Positions 27,763 through 33,752 of a stretch of DNA of 33,752 nt are shown here, in pieces. This DNA is from an uncultured Chlamydiae bacterium. Lineage in GTDB: Bacteria; Chlamydiota; Chlamydiia; Chlamydiales; SM23-39. Position 1 is the first letter of the stretch; the number at the start of each line of letters is the position of its first letter. The position numbers were made by a program, and so were the translations under genes. The DNA is taken from assembly GCA_937899275.1 (NCBI GenBank), contig CALBPE010000025.1, positions 1 through 33,752 of the forward strand, read 5' to 3'. The notes beneath the pieces were generated by a model. The model did not search any database. It saw only the letters and a program-made list of their open reading frames with translations, and was not told the origin of the DNA.

Positions 27763-30700
27763 CTACACTTTTTGCGGACCTGTAATCTGCATAAAGGTTT
27801 TTTCTCCGTTGATGTCGAACTCCTTTCCTCGCTTCGCTGTCTTTTCAAAACAGATTTTCGTCGCCAGCACTTCTTGTTGAATATGCGTTTTATATAGCTC
27901 GATACAACGAATTAAAGCAGGTGTAGGCGTAAGGGCAAGCTCGATGCGGTCAGTTACTTCTAAGCCCATTTCTTTTCGCTCTAAATTCACCTTATTGATT
28001 ATTTCACGCATCATCCCTTCTTGTATCAAAGAAGAATTCAGTTGAGTATCAATAGAAATTACAAGCGTAGAGGAAGCTAAGGCCTTTACGTTTTCTTTTG
28101 CATTTCTTGTAATCGTCACATCTTCTAGAGTCAAAGAAAACGAGGCGTTTTCTAATACAAGCGTTTCTTTTCCTGAACTGAGAAATGCTTTGATTTTTTC
28201 TTGAGGCCAACTTGAAAATGCTTTTTTCGCTGCAGGGATATGCCGCCCAATTTTTTTCCCTAACACAGGAAAATTAGGAGTGATCTTGTAGTCGACAAAC
28301 ACCGACTCATCTACTGTGATTTCTACTTCTTTCACATTTAGCTCTTCGGCAATGAGGTGTTTTTGCGCTTCTAAGCGCTTTTGGTCCTCATCGACAAAAA
28401 CAGCAATGACCGCTTTTTGTAAAGGCTGACGGACTTTCATCTTCTCTTCTTTTCGAAAGGCATGACCCAAACTCACCGCATCTTGCACAAGAGCCATCTC
28501 CTGTTCTAAATTAAGGTCTCTTTTTGATGGATCATACGAAGGATAATCACAGAGATGCACCGATAGGGGGTCGTTTTTGGTTTTTAGCTCTTGATAAATC
28601 GCTTCAGACAAAAAGGGAATAAAAGGAGCGATCACTTTGACTAATGTAAATAAAATATCATACAAAGTAGAAAAAGCTGCATGGCGATCTTCTAAATCTT
28701 CTTCTGACCAAAAGCGGGATCTACACCTTCGTATATACCAATTTGTGAGCTCTTCAATAAACGATAACATCGAAGAGCCGCCTTGGTTTAAATCGTAGTT
28801 TTCCAAAGCGGTATCCACTGAAGAAATAAGCTCTTGTAATTTCGATACAATCCACCGATCGATCAAAGTGGTAGATGCCGCGCTTTTTTCAGGAGCAAAA
28901 CCGTAGATATTGACATACGTTGCTAGAAAAACGTAGCTATTATACAAAGGCAGTAAAATTTGACGTAGCGTTAGCTCAACGCCCTTTTCAGAGAAACGAA
29001 GATCATCTGCTTTTACAGCAGGGCTTTGTAGTAAATATAGCCGGATAGCGTCTGCTCCATACCGGCTCAAAACTTCATTAGGATCGGGGTAGTTCTTTAA
29101 CCTCTTTGACATTTTTGCCCCGTCTTCTGCTAAAATGATGCCGTTGACTACTGCATTTTGAAATGCAGGTTTTTCAAATAAAGCAGCTCCAATCACACTT
29201 AACGTATAAATCCATCCCCTTGTCTGATCTAGTCCTTCTGCGATAAAATCTGCGGGAAATTCTTTTTCTGTGATTTCTTGATTTTCAAAAGGGTAATGGT
29301 TTTGCGCATAAGGCATGCATCCCGATTCAAACCAGCAATCAAAAACTTCTGGGATTTTTTTGAAACGCACTCCATCCACAACAAGCTCTAATTTGTCGAT
29401 CGATTCTCTGTGAAGATCATCCACATGTGCACCAGACAGCTTTTCTAGCTCTTCTTTTGAGCCGACAACTAGAATATCCCCTCCTTCTGATTCCCAAATG
29501 GGTATAGGGGTTCCCCAGTACCGATTGCGTGAAATCGCCCAATCGCGGGCGTTTTCAATCCACTTGCCAAAGCGGCCTGTTTTCACATGCTCAGGTATAA
29601 AACGGATTTGATCGACCGTTTGTATCAAACGGTCTTTGATTTTTTCTACTGCAACAAACCAGGTGCTAACAGCCCGGTAAATCAGCGGTGTGTCTGAACG
29701 CCAGCAAAAAGGATAACGGTGTCTAATTTGACCATGGTGATATACCTTACCCTCGTCTTTTAACCTTTTGATGATGGCTTTATCTGCATCTTTTACAAAC
29801 TGTCCGGTATATTCTGGGATATCTTTTGTGAATTTACCGTTATGATCTACAGGACATACAAGAGAGATACCCCGGTTTTTACATGCATAAAAATCCACTT
29901 CACCAAAAGCAGGCGCCGCATGCACAATACCTGTTCCATCTTCTGTTGATACAAAATCATCTGTAATCAAAATAAATGCAGGTGATGTACCTGTTGCCTC
30001 TTTTGCAAAATAGGGAAAAAGCGGCTCGTAGCGCGCGCCATTTAACTCTTTTCCAAGATACTCTTTGATGACGGTATATTCTTCTTTGATGACGGCATCT
30101 ATGCGATCTTTCGCTAAAATATAGTGCCTGTCATCACCTTGTTTCTGAATTTTGACATACACAATCTCTGGATGCACAATCAAAGCGAGATTAGAAATCA
30201 GCGTCCAAGGCGTTGTAGTCCAAGCTAGAAAATAGGTGTTTTTTTCTTCTTTTGATGCAAAAGCTACGGTAAGAGAGGGATCCTCTACATCTTGGTAATT
30301 TAAATTTGCTTCAAAATTGGATAAAGGCGTGCCCAATTTTGCGGAAAAAGGCATTACTTTAAATCCTTAGTATACCAATCCTTTTTCATATAGCTGTTTA
30401 AATACCCACCAAACACTATCCATGTAGGAAAGGTCCATGGTTTTATAAGCCGATGTAAAATCGATCCATCGACCCATTTTCTCAACGGTTTTTTCCCAAT
30501 CTTGCGTATGTCTAAGAACAATTTTCCGACATTCTTGGTTAAAGACATCGATTCCTAGTTTTTCGATTGCAGGAGCCCCTGATAGCTGCAACGCTTTTTC
30601 AATTTCATTTTCAATAGGAAGTCCGTGTCAATCGGTTCCAAAACGCCGTTTGACAATCCGGCCTTTCATGGTTTGATATCGGGGATTCACATCTTTGATT

Positions 30701-30885
30701 GTCCCTGCAAGTAAGTGGCCATAATGAGGAAGGCCCGTTGCAAATGGCGGCCCATCATAAAAAGAGAAAATCTCCGCATCTTTTCGCAGCTCTAATGACT
30801 GTTGAAATACTTGGTGTTTTTTCCAAAAAGCTAAAACCCGCTCTTCTCTGGAAGAAAATCCCTCTTTTTTTTTGATGGTAAACAT
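27763..30885 (-). CDS. ileS: Isoleucine--tRNA ligase (type 2), 1040 codons, interrupted by in-frame TGA and TAA
   Basis: [60 protein letters not shown]. The three ORF-track pieces share one frame: RRFGTD*HGLP (30628-30630) and [13 protein letters not shown] (30367-30369). Confidence 0.95.
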
Positions 30886-31061
30886 AAAATCTCGGCGGTT
30901 ATTTTTCCTTGTAACTCCATCTATCATAGGCGAATACAGGAAAAAAGTGCAATTATAGCCGTTTGCAGCCTCTGGTATTTCCCCTAGAAAAAAAGTGGCC
31001 ATGCTAGTATAATAAATAGTATGAACACTCCGGAAAAAAGGATCTTTATGGTCTTTTTCTC

Positions 31062-31481
31062 GGGGGTGTTCAGGCTTCGACTTGTAAGCGAAGCTTTTAT
31101 GGCATGCAGAGGATGTCGGTTGGCCTCTTTAATCATCCGGCAAAACCACAAATGCTGAAGAGCAAACAAAAGTTGTTCGTGTTGACTTCGCTGTTAAAGC
31201 TGAAGGACAACCAGAAGCAGCTGCTGCAGCCTAAACTTAACCGTTTTAGTTGCCCGGTAGTCTAAAATCAAACTAGGAGTTTTAGAGCCTACCGTCATTT
31301 ATCCTAGTAGTGAATAAAGCTTTTCTTCACTCCTCTTGCGCTTTATTCGAGATAAAAGAGGGTGTGTTCACTTTTTTCGGGGCGCCTTGCGGCGAAAGTG
31401 GACGATATCCAAGGCGATAAGCATGTAGTCATAACGGTTATTCGTTTGATAAGGACGAGAGTTCGATTCTCTCCACCTCCA
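31062..31481 (+). ncRNA. ssrA: tmRNA (transfer-messenger RNA), 420 nt
   Basis: 5' GGGGGTG pairs with 3' CACCTCC-A (G3-U Ala identity). D-analog GGCTTCGAC, T-arm GAGAGTTCGATTCTC, and GCATG/GCATGT helix elements. Tag ORF 31154-31234 AEEQTKVVRVDFAVKAEGQPEAAAAA*. CCA is not encoded. Confidence 0.96.
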
Positions 31482-31675
31482 ATTTGTTGGACAATTCTTA
31501 AAGTCCATCATCATTTTAAAAGATTCATGTACTTGTACTGAGAGACTTAGATCTCTCAGTACAAGTTCTGAAACACTAAATTCAAAAGCACGCGCTTTTT
31601 ACCCACTTCAGCACTCGCAAAAATTTCCCTAGCACGCGCTGCCAAATTGAGTACCATGTTTGCCGTTACATAAAA
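31482..31675 (-). pseudogene. C-terminal remnant of a large serine recombinase abutting the ssrA 3' end
   Basis: FYVTANMVLNLAARAREIFASAEVGKKRVLLNLVFQNL-(1-nt shift)-LRDLSLSVQVHESFKMMMDFKNCPTNW. Matches the KR.ll..vf.Nl....(P)F......W tail of site-specific recombinases. Confidence 0.7.
31531..31566. repeat. Perfect 15-bp inverted repeat downstream of ssrA
   Basis: ACTTGTACTGAGAGA-CTTAGA-TCTCTCAGTACAAGT. Confidence 0.85.
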
Positions 31676-32043
31676 GCAATTGCTGGTGGCGAGTAAGGGC
31701 AAAGGCTCATGTTGACTCCCTAAAGAAGCGCATCGGCCAAAGAACGCCTGAACTGGAAAAATCAGAAACCGACCTTTTAGCAGCTCTGACTCCGGCAGGT
31801 TTTGCAGATGAAAAAGCCTTTCTCGAAGCCAGACTGACACATGAAGCTTGGGATTCCTTCTCCTCTCGGGCAAAGGAGTTGGATAATACGGGAACTGAGC
31901 TCAAAGCCAAACAGCAAGAAGGAAAACTAATCGGAATCATCTCCCATGTATCTGCAATGAAAGAATCAGCATTCAGATAAGTATAACACCTATCTCAGGC
32001 AGCCGTAGTTCACTATGCGGCCCCCGGCTGCAGGGCTTTTTGA
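31676..32043 (+). pseudogene. sbcC: sbcC (SMC-like nuclease ATPase) C-terminal remnant with internal deletion
   Basis: The coiled coil ..AGFADEKAFLEARL.. is joined directly to EGKLIGIISHVSAMKE, then after a shift ISIQISITPISGSRSSLCGP. The signature and Walker B region is absent. Confidence 0.7.
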
Positions 32044-32072
32044 TTAAAAAGATTTGATAGAGATTGCAATAT

Positions 32073-32335
32073 CAGGTTAGCATTTTCAAAAACTTTGGAG
32101 ATGCTATGAAAAAAGTGAAAGAATTTTACTCTGCTATCGATGCAATTGCTGATAAAGGAAAGTTTCTTGCCTCTGTAAAAGAGGGTTTTTCAGAAATTGA
32201 AGATCCTAGAGCAAAAGACAATCAAAACTATCCCCTTGTAGATCTTCTCGTTATCATTTTATGCGCTATTTTAGCTGGCGCAAATACCATCGCAGATATT
32301 CATATGTATGCACAGGTAAAAGCTGGCCTGTTTGC
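32073..32335 (+). pseudogene. ISAs1-family transposase N-terminal fragment
   Basis: From ATG 32106: FSEIEDPRAKDNQNYPLVDLLVIILCAILAGANTIADIHMYA (F..i.DPR....ypL.dil....cA.laGa..w.di motif). Truncated after ~76 aa. CAGG at 32073 is a possible left end. Confidence 0.85.
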
Positions 32336-32499
32336 CAGGGCTTTTTTATTAAAATTTTTTTACGGCGCCACCTCAAATATTCTTGCAAATAATCTTAGTG
32401 TCCAAGAGTCATCCCAAGCGGCTTGCCTTTTTCTGTTTGCAGTATCTCGAGCGCCGCCAAGATCAATAGTTCCAGCAGAAAACATGTTTTTTTGTAGAT

Positions 32500-32860
32500 T
32501 TTAGAACGCAGTCTTTTTTTCTTAGTAAGGCCTGGTCGAGAGACCTAAGAGACCTATAGAGCTTTGGAAATAGCTCTCATTACATACCGCTTTTCTTTGA
32601 CCAAGCTTCCCTCTTCCATGAGTCTTCTCCATGTAAATAGAGTTGGCTGGGACTTATATCCTATTTGCAGGCTATAAGGGAAACGCTCATCTAAGGCTGG
32701 TACCTTTATTCAACAATGGCTTTTTTGTCTTCAGCGCTCCATCGTCTACGTCTTTCTGTTGAGGTGATCACCTCAATATGGTTGGATTTAGTCATAAACC
32801 TCGTCCTTCTCCTTTGTTTTAGAGTCAAACAGGGTGCTTCACTTTAAATGGGGCGCTCCA
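32500..32860 (-). pseudogene. IS3-family (IS2-like) element remnant: left end, OrfA and start of OrfB
   Basis: From ATG 32795: MTKSNHIEVITSTERRRWSAEDKKAIVE*RYQP*MSVSLIACK*DISPSQLY-(shift)-WRRLMEEG, then MRAISKAL*VS*VSR. Upstream is a TG-initiated end TGGAGCGCCCC at 32860. Confidence 0.8.
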
Positions 32861-32989
32861 ATCTCCACGTAGAAAATACAGTAGACAGACTCTAAAGCGG
32901 TTTGACTAGAATTTTTGTAGAAATAAGATGAGTAAATTTGGAATATACATCAAACCGGTTGGCTTAAAAGATATCTCGCAAGGGTTAAT

Positions 32990-33752
32990 CTAGTGAGAAC
33001 CTATCCGCTTTAAGCAGGCTTCTTTATTCTTTTCGAACTCCTCTTCGGGTAGAAGGTTCGCACCGGTAACCTTATCTATTGCACTTTTCGCTTCTTGATA
33101 GGACATCTCGATTAATGCCCTACAATCTTTATTACTTATATTACTCTCGTTTGATTTAGTCCTTATAGTAGGGTTTGCTTTAGCTCGAAGAAGCGCGTCA
33201 ATCATCTCAGGATCGCGTCTGATGCATGCAAGATGCAGTGGAGTGCAGCCGTTTTTATTAAAAACATGTACATCTGCTCCTTTTTCAATGATTTTTTGTA
33301 CAAGTTGCAGGTTAGATATAGCTAACTTGTCTTCATACATACTAATTTTTTTATAACCTTTTGCAATTGCTAAATGTAAGGCGGTATTTCCATAGCCTTT
33401 AAGGTTTAAATCTTGTTCATAGTCTAGGATTTTAAGCGCAGTGGTATTTTCTGCATTTGCTATCGCCCAAAGAAGAGGTGTGTTTCCGTGGACGTCTTGA
33501 CGGTTGAAATTAAAATTTTTATTGTAACACCTTGCTAAAAATTGATCTAATTCCCCAAATTGATCGAATTCCCTTCCCATTTTTGCAATGGTGTGCAGCA
33601 TAGTTCCGCTAAAACAGTCTACCAGATCCGGGTCAGGATTGTTCCTCCTAAAGTCTTCTAGCATACGGTGTGATATGCGATTTGCTACGTTGGGTGGTAT
33701 GCGATTTGCTACGTTGGGTGGTATGCGATTTGCTACGTTGGGTGGTATGCGA
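32990..33752 (-). CDS. Ankyrin-repeat protein, 5' end outside window
   Basis: GNTPLLWAI, GNTALHLAI..GADV, GCTPLHLAC..LL.A.ANP. The frame stays open upstream of ATG 33664 through the tandem repeat to the window edge. Confidence 0.88.
   Translation of the reverse strand, partial: RIPPNVANRIPPNVANRIPPNVANRISHRMLEDFRRNNPDPDLVDCFSGTMLHTIAKMGREFDQFGELDQFLARCYNKNFNFNRQDVHGNTPLLWAIANAENTTALKILDYEQDLNLKGYGNTALHLAIAKGYKKISMYEDKLAISNLQLVQKIIEKGADVHVFNKNGCTPLHLACIRRDPEMIDALLRAKANPTIRTKSNESNISNKDCRALIEMSYQEAKSAIDKVTGANLLPEEEFEKNKEACLKRIGSH
33674..33752. repeat. Perfect 24-bp tandem repeat (>=3.3 copies) encoding RIPPNVAN
   Basis: TATGCGATTTGCTACGTTGGGTGG at 33674, 33698 and 33722, partial at 33746. No spacers. 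Confidence 0.95.

Noticed and set aside
6243..30369. Genome-wide TAA-to-sense reassignment
   Set aside because: TAA terminates many genes at their expected ends here (aminopeptidase, OMF, lepB, tmRNA tag). Only five internal TAAs occur in about 30 kb.
1228..30548. Numerous short ORFs overlapping longer genes (e.g. 2950-3267, 7203-7466, 19966-20325, 23215-23604, 30354-30548)
   Set aside because: They are antisense or off-frame to well-supported genes and show no recognisable motifs.
30628..30630. TGA at the conserved Cys of IleRS GWDCHG as selenocysteine
   Set aside because: No evident SECIS-like hairpin follows, the adjacent invariant Trp is also corrupted (ACC), and a second stop (TAA) lies in the same gene.
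30984..31169. 61-aa minus-strand ORF, and the 39-aa N-terminal extension of ileS to 31002
   Set aside because: The ORF is antisense to tmRNA. IleRS similarity begins near MFTIKK (30885).
31556..32504. ORF-track proteins 31556-31873, 31660-31980, 31707-31940 and 32064-32504 as real genes
   Set aside because: They are chimeric read-throughs or antisense frames across pseudogene fragments.
32759..32776. 18-bp palindrome TTGAGGTGATCACCTCAA
   Set aside because: It lies within the dead IS2-like OrfA coding remnant, with no independent sign of function.
33674..33752. 24-bp repeats as a CRISPR array
   Set aside because: The units are contiguous with no spacers, there are no cas genes, and they are in frame with the ankyrin ORF.

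Overview
Mostly a housekeeping and transport region from an environmental member of the Chlamydiota. The assignment rests on a chlamydial-type long signal peptidase I, a type-2 IleRS, a tmRNA with chlamydial 5' end and resume context, a TyrP-like permease and Inc-like proteins. The left end is an IS200/IS605 element: an open tnpB running off the window, an internally deleted divergent tnpA, and an IS608-like TTAC|CAAAA left end. The middle holds a kinase-like membrane-anchored candidate effector, an M29 aminopeptidase, a tripartite ABC exporter, an SDR, a CPBP protease, a divergent pair of small very basic phage/giant-virus-like genes, several transporters, a nicotinamidase-like protein lacking its catalytic Cys, lepB and ileS. 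The right end has tmRNA (31062-31481, not in the ORF track), then a decayed island with serine-recombinase, sbcC, ISAs1 and IS2-like fragments, and an ankyrin gene with a 24-bp tandem repeat at the window edge. Six in-frame stop codons, with no frameshifts, interrupt four otherwise full-length genes, including essential ileS. Clustered substitution noise in the consensus is the most likely cause; recoding is less likely. Family names come from motif recognition, not from database searches.
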